Below are positions 20,244-31,454 of a stretch of 39,758 nt of DNA, in pieces. Source of the stretch: an uncultured Enterobacterales bacterium (GTDB lineage: Bacteria > Pseudomonadota > Gammaproteobacteria > Enterobacterales > Succinivibrionaceae); assembly GCA_964516675.1 (NCBI GenBank), contig CAZEXR010000001.1:1-39758 (forward strand), given 5' to 3'. The notes beneath the pieces were generated by a model, which ran no database searches, was not told the origin of the DNA, and saw nothing but the letters and a program-made list of their open reading frames with translations. Position numbers and translations under genes: made by a program. Position 1 is the stretch's first letter, and each line of letters starts with the position of its first letter.

Positions 20244-21127
20244 TAGACAATGACTTCTCTTTAAATTTAAGTGAGCTTAAATCTTTACAAAAGCTTGTAA
20301 GTGAACGTATCCATACCCCATCTGTAAAGAGTAAATCGGTATGCTCACTACTAGATAAATTTAAGATGGGGCGTCGTCTTAGTTATGAGTTTATGCTTTC
20401 GTCTGATGAACTTAATACTTTAGAGCGCTACTTTAAAGAGCACATTCACCAAGACCCAATAACGCATAGTCTGTCTTACAAAACAAGAACAGAGGCAGCT
20501 CGCTTTGTCGCAAACGAAAAGTGGGCTCAAGGCACTGTCTTTGGGAACCTTGTAAACCTTGCATCAAGTACATCTGCTATTACCTTTAAAACAGGTGAGA
20601 ATATTGCCACTCCAAAAGGTAGTGTTCTATGTGCATCTTTTGAAAACTTAAATTTAAGTACCATAAAGAAACTTGTCATTCTTGAGAACGGTGAGGCCAT
20701 ATTAAATTGGCATTTAATTGAAAGTCTATTGCCTGATAGCTTTTTGCATGCACTCTTTGTCTATCGCGGGCACGGTCACAATGTAGCTTTGGTGCAAGAG
20801 CTATTTAAATCCTTGCCAAATGAGTGCAAAGTAGGTCTCTTCTTTGATTACGATCCAAAGGGCTTACAGATGGCCTATGAGTACTCAAAGTATACTAAAT
20901 GCAGATGTGAGCTTATCATTCCATCAGAGATTACAGATACAGTATCAAAACTTTCTAAAAAAGATGAGTACATCAAGCAAAGTGATGTAGCTTTTTCAGT
21001 ACTTAAAAATGTTACTAACGAAAACTTCTTAAAAGAAATCAAGAATCTTAAAAAGCATGAATATGCCATTACACAAGAATGCATGATCGCTCATAAAATA
21101 AAACTTATGACAATCAATATCAAATAA
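20240..21127 (+). CDS. JetD/MksG-like Toprim-domain nuclease
   Basis: ATGA overlap with the previous gene; Toprim motifs LVILENGE, VYRGHG, FFDYDPKGLQMA (DxD) and terminal TQE, as in DUF2220/Topo VI A-like domains. Confidence 0.78.
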   Translation: MIDNDFSLNLSELKSLQKLVSERIHTPSVKSKSVCSLLDKFKMGRRLSYEFMLSSDELNTLERYFKEHIHQDPITHSLSYKTRTEAARFVANEKWAQGTVFGNLVNLASSTSAITFKTGENIATPKGSVLCASFENLNLSTIKKLVILENGEAILNWHLIESLLPDSFLHALFVYRGHGHNVALVQELFKSLPNECKVGLFFDYDPKGLQMAYEYSKYTKCRCELIIPSEITDTVSKLSKKDEYIKQSDVAFSVLKNVTNENFLKEIKNLKKHEYAITQECMIAHKIKLMTINIK

Positions 21128-21329
21128 GTAAACATAAAAGATGAAAAAAATCGTTAATTACAATCTTTCTATAAAAGTAGGTGAACTATTTGTGATTACG
21201 TCATTGATCTAGATCTCTGAAGATTTGCTTAAAATAATTTTTTTTCTAGATATTAAAAATATTTTGCGATCAATAAGAGTGCAGTGTCATTTTATTTAAG
21301 TTATAATATTTTTTATAAATTATCTTATA

Positions 21330-21425
21330 AATCAGTATGTTAATTTTAATTTTTTTAAGTAAATCACAAAAAACGACCTAATAATAAGCAAAATATTACT
21401 GATCATTTTTTTTAACTTATTGATT
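21330..21425. promoter_or_regulatory. two IHF-like sites upstream of glnA
   Basis: AATCAGTATGTTA (21330-21342, one mismatch) and reverse-strand AATCAATAAGTTA (21413-21425, exact WATCAANNNNTTR). Confidence 0.5.
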
Positions 21426-21445
21426 TTAGGTGATTTTATATTTTT

Positions 21446-21474
21446 TTGCACCATATTAAAACGTATAGTAAAAT
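21446..21474 (+). promoter_or_regulatory. putative sigma70 promoter of glnA overlapped by a TGCACCA half-site
   Basis: TTGCAC, 17-nt spacer, TAAAAT. Confidence 0.55.
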
Positions 21475-21602
21475 TTAAGAGTCGTTTTAGTGCCACATCA
21501 AATTTCCTTTGACTTAAAACACTAACTCCACGAAAATTTACTCAGACATTAAAACACGGGTACGTTAATGTACTCTAACTTTTGAAAATTAGGAGCACCT
21601 AA

Positions 21603-23012
21603 ATGGATTTCAATGCAGTTAGCAAGCTTATCAAGGATAACGATGTAGTATTTGCTGATTTAAGATTCACAGATACTAAGGGTAAAGAGCAACACATCAC
21701 TCTTCCTATTTCTTGCATCAAAGAAAAGTTCTTCGATCAAGGCAAGATGTTCGATGGTTCTTCAATTGCAGGTTGGAGAGGAATCGACAAGTCAGACATG
21801 ATCTTAATGCCTGATATTGAAACTGTTCAGTTAGATCCTTTTTATGCAGATCCAACTATTATCGTTCGTTGCGATATTCTTGAGACAGAGACATTAACAG
21901 GTTACGACCGTGATCCTCGTTCAGTTGCTAAGCGCGCTGAAGAGTTTTTAAAGTCAACAGGTGTTGGTGACGTAGCTTACTTTGGTCCAGAACCAGAGTT
22001 CTTCTTATTTGATGACGTTCGCTTCAAGTCAGACATCACAGGTTCTTTCGTAGCAATTGATGATGTTGAAGCAGCTTGGAACTCAGCTACTGAATACGAA
22101 GGTGGTAATAAGGGTTACCGTCCTGCAGTTAAAGGTGGTTACTTCCCAGTACCTCCAGTAGATTCATCACAGGACATCCGTTCTGCAATGTGTAAAGTTA
22201 TGCAAGAAATGGGCTTAGTAATTGAAGCTCATCACCACGAAGTAGCTACAGCAGGTCAGAATGAGATTGCAACTGAGTTTAACTCATTAACTAAGAAAGC
22301 TGATGAAGTTCAGATTTACAAGTATGTTGTACAGAATGTAGCTAACCAGTACGGCAAGACAGCAACCTTTATGCCAAAGCCAATTTATGGCGATAACGGC
22401 TCAGGTATGCACTGCCATATGTCTATCTACAAGGATGGCGAGAATACTTTTGCTGGTAATCTATATGGCGGCCTATCTCAGGAAGCTTTATGGTACATCG
22501 GTGGTATCATCAAGCATGCTAAGTCATTAAATGCTTTCACTAACCCATCAACTAACTCTTACAAGCGTTTAGTTCCTGGTTTTGAGGCTCCTTTAATGCT
22601 AGCTTACTCAGCTGCTAACCGTTCAGCATCAATCCGTATTCCTTATGCTCTAAATCCTAAGACAGCACATATTGAAGTACGTTTCCCTGATTGTACAGCA
22701 AACCCATACTTAGCATTCGCTGCAATGTTGATGGCTGGTCTTGATGGTATCTTAAACAAGATCAATCCAGGCGAAGCAATGGATAAGAACTTATATGATC
22801 TTCCTCCAGAGGAAGCAGCAAACATTCCTCAGGTTTGTGGCTCTCTAGATGAAGCTCTAAAAGCTCTAGCAGCAGATCATGAGTACTTAACAGCAGGTGG
22901 CGTATTCTCAGAGGATATGATTCAAGCTTTCATCGAGCTAAAACAGGCTGAAGATACTCGCGTACGTTCAACTCCGCATCCAGCAGAATTTGAGTTGTAC
23001 TACAGCTTATAA
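21603..23012 (+). CDS. glnA: type I (GSI-beta) glutamine synthetase
   Basis: [37 protein letters not shown], adenylylation motif NLYDLPPE; AGGAG RBS. Confidence 0.98.
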   Translation: MDFNAVSKLIKDNDVVFADLRFTDTKGKEQHITLPISCIKEKFFDQGKMFDGSSIAGWRGIDKSDMILMPDIETVQLDPFYADPTIIVRCDILETETLTGYDRDPRSVAKRAEEFLKSTGVGDVAYFGPEPEFFLFDDVRFKSDITGSFVAIDDVEAAWNSATEYEGGNKGYRPAVKGGYFPVPPVDSSQDIRSAMCKVMQEMGLVIEAHHHEVATAGQNEIATEFNSLTKKADEVQIYKYVVQNVANQYGKTATFMPKPIYGDNGSGMHCHMSIYKDGENTFAGNLYGGLSQEALWYIGGIIKHAKSLNAFTNPSTNSYKRLVPGFEAPLMLAYSAANRSASIRIPYALNPKTAHIEVRFPDCTANPYLAFAAMLMAGLDGILNKINPGEAMDKNLYDLPPEEAANIPQVCGSLDEALKALAADHEYLTAGGVFSEDMIQAFIELKQAEDTRVRSTPHPAEFELYYSL

Positions 23013-23064
23013 TAAATAATACCCAAGGGTAAAAAAAGCTTATAAAATAAGCATTTACAATGAT

Positions 23065-23089
23065 AGGGCCCTTATATAGGGCCCTTTTT
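23065..23089 (+). terminator. terminator-like hairpin between glnA and gltB
   Basis: AGGGCCCT-tatat-AGGGCCCT followed by TTTT. Confidence 0.75.
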
Positions 23090-23122
23090 GTATCTATACC
23101 ACTCGCAAAAGGTGACACACAA

Positions 23123-26100
23123 ATGACTAATTCTGGTCTATACAGAAGTGAGAATGAGCATGACGCTTGTGGCGTTGGCTTAATTGCTCACATAAAAGGT
23201 CAAAAAAGCCACAGTATCGTAAACCAGGGTCTTGAGGTTCTAAAAAACCTTACCCATCGTGGAGCAGTTGGTGCTGATCCACTTCAAGGTGATGGTGCAG
23301 GCATTTTGATTCAAATTCCTGATCAAATATTCCGTGACGACATGATGCGTCAAGGAGTTAAATTACCACCACCTGGTGAATACGGTGTTGGAATGATCTT
23401 CCTACCTCGTGAAGAAGCTTCTCGTCATGCTTGCCAAGAAGAAATCGAACGAGCAGTTTTAGCTGAAGGTCAGGTAATTTTAGGTTGGAGAGACGTACCA
23501 TTAGATGAAGACATTCCTATGTCTCCTGTAGTACGTGAAAAAGAACCTGTAATTAGACAGATTTTCATTGGTCACTCACCTGATGTTTTGGTAACAGATG
23601 CATTAGAAAGAAAGCTTTATATCATAAGAAAGAGTTGCTCAATTGCTATTTCTAACTTAAAGTTAAAGCATTGTAAAGAATTCTACATACCTTCATTTTC
23701 AGCAAGAACTATCGTATATAAAGGACAGTTGCTTGCAAATCAGGTAGGCGAATATTTCAAGGATTTATCAGATAGCCGTTGTACATCTGCTATTGCTCTG
23801 ATCCATCAGCGTTTCTCAACTAATACATTCCCTCAGTGGTCTTTAGCTCATCCTTTTAGAATGATTGCTCACAACGGTGAAATTAACACCTTACGAGGCA
23901 ACTTCAATTGGATTAAGGCTCGTGAAAAGAAGATTTCATCTCCAGTATTTGGTAAAGATCTTGAAAAGCTATGGCCTTTAATTTTCCAAGGTCAATCAGA
24001 TTCAGCTTCATTTGATAATGTGTTCGAGCTATTAACTCTATCAGGATATTCTTTAGCACAAGCAGCAATGATGATGATCCCTTCTGCTTGGGAAAAAGAC
24101 ACTTTGATGGATCCTAAGCTAAGAGCTTTCTATGAATACTACGCAGCAATCATGGAGCCTTGGGATGGTCCAGCTGCTGTTGCCTTCACTGACGGTCGTC
24201 AGGTTGGTGCTACTCTAGATAGAAACGGCTTACGTCCTGCTCGTTACATTGTAACTAAAGACGATTTAGTAATATTAGCATCTGAAGAAGGTACTCTAAA
24301 GATTGATGAAAGCAGAATTGCACGTCACTGGAGACTAGAACCAGGTCGTATGCTTTTAATCGATACTGAGCAAGGAAGAATTATTGATGATAAAGAGATT
24401 AAGACCTCTTTAGCTACAGCTCGTCCTTATACAGAATGGACTGACAAGGTAAGAATTAAGCTTACAGATATTAAAGAACAACCAAAGCCAAACTGTGTTA
24501 ACTTAACTACAAAAGCGCTAATGGGCGTATTTGGTTATACTCGTGAAGACGTTGAGCGTTTATTAAAGCCAAAGGCAATTTTAGGTCAAGAACCTGTTTT
24601 ATCTATGGGCAATGACGCACCTCTTGCAGTTTTATCAAATAACTCAAAGAGTCTATATGATTACTTCAGACAGTTATTTGCTCAGGTTACAAACCCTGCA
24701 ATTGACCCTATCCGAGAAGAAATGGTTACATCTTTAGTATCATTCATCGGACCTCGTCCTGACCTACTAAACATCATGGATAACAATCCTCCAGTTCGTT
24801 TAGAGGTAACACAGCCTATTATAAATGCGGTTGAGATGGAAAAAATCCGTGCTATTAGTCAGTACACAGGTAATAAATTCCGCTCATTAGAACTTGATAT
24901 CACCTATCCATTATCATGGGGTAAAGATGGTATTGAGGCTCGTTTAGCTTCTATTAGAGCTGCAGCTATTGATGCAGTAAAACAAGGCAACAATATCTTA
25001 ATCATTTCTGATAGAAATGTCAGTGAAGATAGACTTGCTATACCTGCTCTTCTTGCAACATCTGCAGTTCATCAGTGTTTAGTTGAAAATGGTCTTCGTA
25101 CAAGCACAGGTTTAGTTGTAGAAACCGGTTCAGCAAGAACAGTTCATCACTTTGCTCTACTTGGTGGTTATGGTGCAGAAGCTATTCATCCATATGTAGC
25201 TCTTCGTGTTGTATCTGAATTAGCAGAAAATGAGAAAACTGCAGAACAGTATCGTGAGAATTATATTCACGCTATTGATAAGGGCCTATATAAAACTATG
25301 GCTAAGATGGGTATTTGTACCTATATGTCATACATTGGAGCTCAAATCTTTGAAGCAGTAGGTTTATCATCAGAATTTGTTGATAAGTACTTTACAAATA
25401 CTCCAAGCCCAATTGAAGGTGTTGGTTTATTTGATATTGCTCAAGAAGCAGTTCAAACACACATTGATGCATTTAAGAAAATACAGCTTCAAGATCCTTC
25501 TCTAGCACAAGGTGGTGACCTAAACTGGAGACAAGATGGCGAACAGCATATGTGGACTCCTGATGCAGTTGTTCACTTACAGCGAGCTGTTCGTGCAGGT
25601 GACTTTGCTGAGTATCAAAAATACGCACAAATCATTAACGATCAATCAAGTCGCTTAATGACCATTCGTGGCTTATTTAAGTTCAAAAAAACTACTCCTA
25701 TTGATATCAATGAAGTTGAATCAGAAGAGAGCATTATTCATCGCTTCGCTTGCTCTGCAATGTCAATGGGTGCAATTTCAACTGAAGCTCACACTACCAT
25801 GGCCATTGCGATGAACCGCATGGGCGCTATGTCAAATAGTGGTGAAGGTGGTGAAGATCAAAGACGTGATGGCATCATTACCAAAGAGACTTCAACTAAA
25901 GCTATTTTAGGTGATGATATCGTAGTTGATTTACCTCTTCACAAAGGTGACTCAATGAGATCACGCACTAAGCAGGTAGCCTCAGGTCGTTTTGGCGTGA
26001 CAACAGATTATCTATCTACTGCTGACCTAATTCAGATTAAGCTAGCTCAAGGTGCAAAGCCAGGTGAAGGTGGCCAGTTACCAGGACATAAGGTATCAAA

Positions 26101-27709
26101 ATACATTGGTAAATTACGTCATTCACTACCTGGTATTGGTTTAATTTCACCTCCACCTCATCATGATATTTACTCAATTGAGGATTTAGCTCAGCTAATC
26201 TTTGATTTAAAGCTTGCTAATACCAAAGCTGATATTTCTGTAAAACTAGTATCAGAGGTAGGTATCGGTACTGTTGCAGCAGGTGTTGCTAAGTGTAAAG
26301 CAGATCATATTGTAATCTCTGGACACGATGGTGGTACAGGTGCAGCTCCAGCTTCATCTGTAAAACATGCAGGTTCTGCTTGGGAAATTGGTCTAGCTGA
26401 TGTACAGCAAACACTTGTGATGAACAAACTTCGTTCTCGTGTAAGACTACAAGTTGATGGTCAGATTAAGACCGGTCGAGATGTTATTGTAGGTGCCCTA
26501 TTAGGTGCAGATGAGTTTGGATTTGGTACAGCTCCTCTTGTATGTATGGGTTGTACAATCATGCGTAAGTGCCAGAAGAACACTTGTCCTACTGGTATTG
26601 CAACACAAGATCCTGAACTTCGTAAACAGTTCTTAGGTACACCAGAGCAATTAGAGAATTACTTCCATTACGTTGCTCGTGAAGTACGACAGCTTTTAGC
26701 TCAATTAGGCTTTAAGAAATTAGAAGATCTAATTGGTCACGCTGAGCTTTTAGAAAAAGTTGATGCAGATGAATTTGAAAAAGCTCGCAACTTATCTTTT
26801 GAGAAGATCTTCTTTACAGATCCAAACGCCGATGATCTACCTTATCAAGCCATCAAGCAACAGCATGATATTGATAAGGCTCTAGATAAGAAGTTTGAAA
26901 AAGATATTCTAAACGCAATCAAGACTGGTAAACCTATCACTCTTGAGACACCTGTAATAAATATCAATCGTTCTGTAGGTACTTACTCATCAGGCTTAAT
27001 TGCTCAGAATGCTAAAGAAAAACTTGAAGATAACTTTATTACCATCAATCTAACAGGTACAGCAGGTCAGTCCTTTGGTGCCTTCTTAGAAAAGGGTATC
27101 ACAATGAACCTATCTGGTATTGCAAATGACTATGTAGGTAAAGGAATCTCAGGCGGTATTATTAGCATTAGCAAGAGCAAGGCTTTTGATGGTGATCCAC
27201 GTGAAAACATCATTGGTGGTAACACCTGTTTATACGGTGGTACTTCAGGTGAAGCTTACTTTAGTGGCGTATGTGGCGAACGTTTTGCAGTTAGAAACTC
27301 TGGCGTAGATGCTGTAGCTGAAGGCTGTGGCGATCATGGTTGTGAGTATATGACTGGTGGTACCGTAATGATTTTAGGTAACACAGGTAGAAACTTTGCA
27401 GCAGGTATGTCTGGCGGTATGGCTTACGTATACGATCCAAACAATGAGTTTAAAGCAAAGATTAGCAAAGGCTCATTCCACATAGATAATGTAGTAGCAA
27501 AAGTAAAGGCCGATCCTTCAATACCTTTACACAAAGGAATGTCGGATGAAGAGGTTATTTACGACTTATTAACTAAGCACTTAAATAACACTAGAAGTTC
27601 AATTGCTAAGAAGATTTTAGAAAACTTCTCTGTAGAACTAGGTCACTTTGTAAAGGTATTCCCTATCGAATACTTCAATGCACTAAACGCTATGAAGGAG
27701 GCAAACTAA
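23123..27709 (+). CDS. gltB: glutamate synthase large subunit
   Basis: EHDACGVG (mature Cys1), HQRFSTNT, QGAKPGEGGQLPG, 3Fe-4S motif CTIMRKCQKNTCPTG, C-terminal GXGXG domain. ATG 23123 follows AAGGTG. Confidence 0.97.
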   Translation: MTNSGLYRSENEHDACGVGLIAHIKGQKSHSIVNQGLEVLKNLTHRGAVGADPLQGDGAGILIQIPDQIFRDDMMRQGVKLPPPGEYGVGMIFLPREEASRHACQEEIERAVLAEGQVILGWRDVPLDEDIPMSPVVREKEPVIRQIFIGHSPDVLVTDALERKLYIIRKSCSIAISNLKLKHCKEFYIPSFSARTIVYKGQLLANQVGEYFKDLSDSRCTSAIALIHQRFSTNTFPQWSLAHPFRMIAHNGEINTLRGNFNWIKAREKKISSPVFGKDLEKLWPLIFQGQSDSASFDNVFELLTLSGYSLAQAAMMMIPSAWEKDTLMDPKLRAFYEYYAAIMEPWDGPAAVAFTDGRQVGATLDRNGLRPARYIVTKDDLVILASEEGTLKIDESRIARHWRLEPGRMLLIDTEQGRIIDDKEIKTSLATARPYTEWTDKVRIKLTDIKEQPKPNCVNLTTKALMGVFGYTREDVERLLKPKAILGQEPVLSMGNDAPLAVLSNNSKSLYDYFRQLFAQVTNPAIDPIREEMVTSLVSFIGPRPDLLNIMDNNPPVRLEVTQPIINAVEMEKIRAISQYTGNKFRSLELDITYPLSWGKDGIEARLASIRAAAIDAVKQGNNILIISDRNVSEDRLAIPALLATSAVHQCLVENGLRTSTGLVVETGSARTVHHFALLGGYGAEAIHPYVALRVVSELAENEKTAEQYRENYIHAIDKGLYKTMAKMGICTYMSYIGAQIFEAVGLSSEFVDKYFTNTPSPIEGVGLFDIAQEAVQTHIDAFKKIQLQDPSLAQGGDLNWRQDGEQHMWTPDAVVHLQRAVRAGDFAEYQKYAQIINDQSSRLMTIRGLFKFKKTTPIDINEVESEESIIHRFACSAMSMGAISTEAHTTMAIAMNRMGAMSNSGEGGEDQRRDGIITKETSTKAILGDDIVVDLPLHKGDSMRSRTKQVASGRFGVTTDYLSTADLIQIKLAQGAKPGEGGQLPGHKVSKYIGKLRHSLPGIGLISPPPHHDIYSIEDLAQLIFDLKLANTKADISVKLVSEVGIGTVAAGVAKCKADHIVISGHDGGTGAAPASSVKHAGSAWEIGLADVQQTLVMNKLRSRVRLQVDGQIKTGRDVIVGALLGADEFGFGTAPLVCMGCTIMRKCQKNTCPTGIATQDPELRKQFLGTPEQLENYFHYVAREVRQLLAQLGFKKLEDLIGHAELLEKVDADEFEKARNLSFEKIFFTDPNADDLPYQAIKQQHDIDKALDKKFEKDILNAIKTGKPITLETPVININRSVGTYSSGLIAQNAKEKLEDNFITINLTGTAGQSFGAFLEKGITMNLSGIANDYVGKGISGGIISISKSKAFDGDPRENIIGGNTCLYGGTSGEAYFSGVCGERFAVRNSGVDAVAEGCGDHGCEYMTGGTVMILGNTGRNFAAGMSGGMAYVYDPNNEFKAKISKGSFHIDNVVAKVKADPSIPLHKGMSDEEVIYDLLTKHLNNTRSSIAKKILENFSVELGHFVKVFPIEYFNALNAMKEAN

Positions 27710-27710
27710 G

Positions 27711-29162
27711 ATGGGCTTATTAAGAGGATTCATCGAGTTTGAACGTGTTGAACAGAGTCATGTTGACGTTGAAACAAGAATAAAAAGCTTCTGCGAAATT
27801 TACGGCACTTTAACCGATGCACAGGTTAAAACTCAAGCAGGTCGTTGCATGGATTGTGGTATTCCATTTTGTATGCACGAGTGTCCTTTACACAATGATT
27901 CTCCAGACTTTAACGAGTTTGTAACAGAAGGTCAGATGAGTAAGGCATATTCAGTATTGTCTTACACCAACAACTTCCCAGAGATCACAGGTAGAATTTG
28001 CCCTGCTCTTTGTGAAGAAGGATGTACTCTTGGCATTCACAGAGATCCAGTTGGCATTAAATCAGTTGAAAGAAAGATTGCTGAATACGCTTTTGAAAAT
28101 GGCCTTGTAAAACCAATTATCAATGAACATAAATCAGGTAAATCTGTTGCAATTGTAGGTTCAGGCCCTGCTGCACTTGCTGCAGCTCAACAGCTAAACA
28201 GATTAGGCCACAAGGTTACTGTTTTTGAAAAAATGAATAAAGTAGGCGGTTTATTACGCTATGGCATTCCTGATTTCAAATTACCTAAGGATATTCTAGA
28301 TAGACGTATTTCTCAGCTTGAGCTTGAAGGAATTACATTTAAGACCTCAACTATTGTTGGCAAGATTACAGATCTAGAGCATGGTGTTCACAATGACTCA
28401 TTACAGGAAATTCATTCAGATGAATTACTAAAAGAGTATGACGCAATTGTTCTAGCACCTGGTTCTGAGGCTCCTCGTGACTTACGTTTAGAAGGTCGCA
28501 ATCTAAAAGGTGTTAACTATGCATTAGATTTTCTAATTGCACAAAACCGTGAGAATAATGGTGATTGCCCAAATCCATTTGATGTTAAGGGCAAGAACGT
28601 TGTTGTAATCGGTGGTGGTGAAACCGCTTCAGATTGTATTGGTGTATCAATCCGTAAGGGCGCTGCTAGTGTTACACAGTTAGACTACCATGATGAATTA
28701 CCAGAATCTGTTGATTTAACCATGGCATGGCCTGATTGGAGAAAGATTAAGAGAACATCTTCATCTCATGAAGAAGGCTGTACTCGTTTATTTTCTACAA
28801 ACACCACTGCCTTTTTAGGAAAAGACAAACTAGAAGCTGTAGCAACACAAAAAGTTAAGTGGGGCCAAGGCAGACAGTTTAGTGGAATTGAAGGTACTGA
28901 AGACAAGATTAAAGCTGACTTAGTTTTAATTGCTATGGGTTATTCTCATCCTTCATCTGCTCTAATCCGTGAATTCTCATTAGAGACTGATAAACGCGGA
29001 AATATTAAAGCAGATACAGAAGGTGATAACGCATATAAGACCTCTAAAGAAAAAATATTTGCAGCAGGTGATGGCAGAAAGGGACAATCATTAGTTGTTT
29101 ATGCCATTGCAGAAGGCAGAGCCTGTGCTGCGGCGGTTGATAAATTCTTAAATAAAGAATAA
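27711..29162 (+). CDS. gltD: glutamate synthase small subunit
   Basis: RCMDCGIPFC, GRICPALCE, GSGPAAL, LRYGIPDFKL, IGGGETASDC; starts 1 nt after gltB. Confidence 0.96.
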   Translation: MGLLRGFIEFERVEQSHVDVETRIKSFCEIYGTLTDAQVKTQAGRCMDCGIPFCMHECPLHNDSPDFNEFVTEGQMSKAYSVLSYTNNFPEITGRICPALCEEGCTLGIHRDPVGIKSVERKIAEYAFENGLVKPIINEHKSGKSVAIVGSGPAALAAAQQLNRLGHKVTVFEKMNKVGGLLRYGIPDFKLPKDILDRRISQLELEGITFKTSTIVGKITDLEHGVHNDSLQEIHSDELLKEYDAIVLAPGSEAPRDLRLEGRNLKGVNYALDFLIAQNRENNGDCPNPFDVKGKNVVVIGGGETASDCIGVSIRKGAASVTQLDYHDELPESVDLTMAWPDWRKIKRTSSSHEEGCTRLFSTNTTAFLGKDKLEAVATQKVKWGQGRQFSGIEGTEDKIKADLVLIAMGYSHPSSALIREFSLETDKRGNIKADTEGDNAYKTSKEKIFAAGDGRKGQSLVVYAIAEGRACAAAVDKFLNKE

Positions 29163-29192
29163 TCAACTTTAAAAGTTTGCCTGTTGGTAGTT

Positions 29193-29223
29193 GACCTCCT
29201 GTTTATCAGGGGGTCTTTTTTTT
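29193..29223 (+). terminator. intrinsic terminator after gltD
   Basis: GACCTCCTG-tttat-CAGGGGGTC followed by 8 Ts. Confidence 0.85.
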
Positions 29224-29335
29224 GCAAATTTATAAAATCAATTAAACAATTCTTCTAGTTTTTTATTAGTTTTTTTAAAGTAAATAAGCTTAACCTACTT
29301 AATTTTCCTCACTATTTTGACGCATACAATCTTTT

Positions 29336-30875
<1,540 letters not shown>

Positions 30876-30903
30876 TAGTTACTCCACGTAATTAGATATT
30901 AAG

Positions 30904-30932
30904 AAATGGTCTAAATTGAGACCATTTTTTTT
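30904..30932 (+). terminator. intrinsic terminator after gdhA
   Basis: AAATGGTCT-aaattg-AGACCATTT followed by a T run. Confidence 0.85.
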
Positions 30933-30955
30933 CAAACAAATAAAAGTAAACCTTT

Positions 30956-31267
30956 ATGAAAACTAAAATCTTATTTATAGCAGGACTTTGTCTGGATTTA
31001 TCCAATGCAAATGCAGAAATCTCTGGCTGCTCTTTTGATGGAATTCCTTTACAAGGAAAAGTTAAAGTAGTTAATTCCTTTGCAGACATTAAAGTACAGG
31101 TTGTGAATTCTTTTGCTGATATTAAAGTAAAAAAAGTTGATTCATTTCCCTCTGATTGTGGAAAATGGAAGTTTGTAGATTCATTTCCTGATTTTACAAT
31201 TCAATTTGTAAATTCTTTTCCTGATATTAAGATTAAATTTGTTGATTCGTTCCCCGGCGTAAATTAA
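30956..31267 (+). CDS. small probably secreted protein with six ~11-aa V(N/D)SF(A/P)D repeats
   Basis: Signal-peptide-like N-terminus ending ANA|EI; repeats GKVKVVNSFAD, IKVQVVNSFAD, IKVKKVDSFPS, GKWKFVDSFPD, FTIQFVNSFPD, IKIKFVDSFPG. Confidence 0.8.
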   Translation: MKTKILFIAGLCLDLSNANAEISGCSFDGIPLQGKVKVVNSFADIKVQVVNSFADIKVKKVDSFPSDCGKWKFVDSFPDFTIQFVNSFPDIKIKFVDSFPGVN

Positions 31268-31454
31268 AATGTTCGCTCGATTTTTAACCTAAATAAATAA
31301 AATAAAAGGGAACATATTTCTCATTTTTTAAATTCAATTATTTAAAAATTTGAGCGTTATCCGATTTATTAAAGTTTATTTTTAACAAATTTCATTTAAT
31401 CTCATATAGTTATCAGTATTCGATAAAAAAAATCTCAACAAGGATTATTACATT

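Noticed and set aside
14888-21084. Many short, mostly antisense Ser-rich ORFs within the SMC operon
   Set aside because: Expected mirror of Glu/Asp/Lys-rich coiled-coil codons; no RBS or domain evidence.
21488-21512. TGCCAC as a sigma54 -24 element for glnA
   Set aside because: Lacks both the invariant GG and the -12 GC.
22655-22690. Gln[10 protein letters not shown] instead of RRIEVRFPD
   Set aside because: The catalytic E and R of IEVR are retained; probably tolerated variation.
23060-23122. ORF-track N-terminal extension of gltB (likewise 420, 9238, 29421, 36833)
   Set aside because: Extensions run through terminators, promoters or upstream genes; downstream starts have an RBS and match family N-termini.
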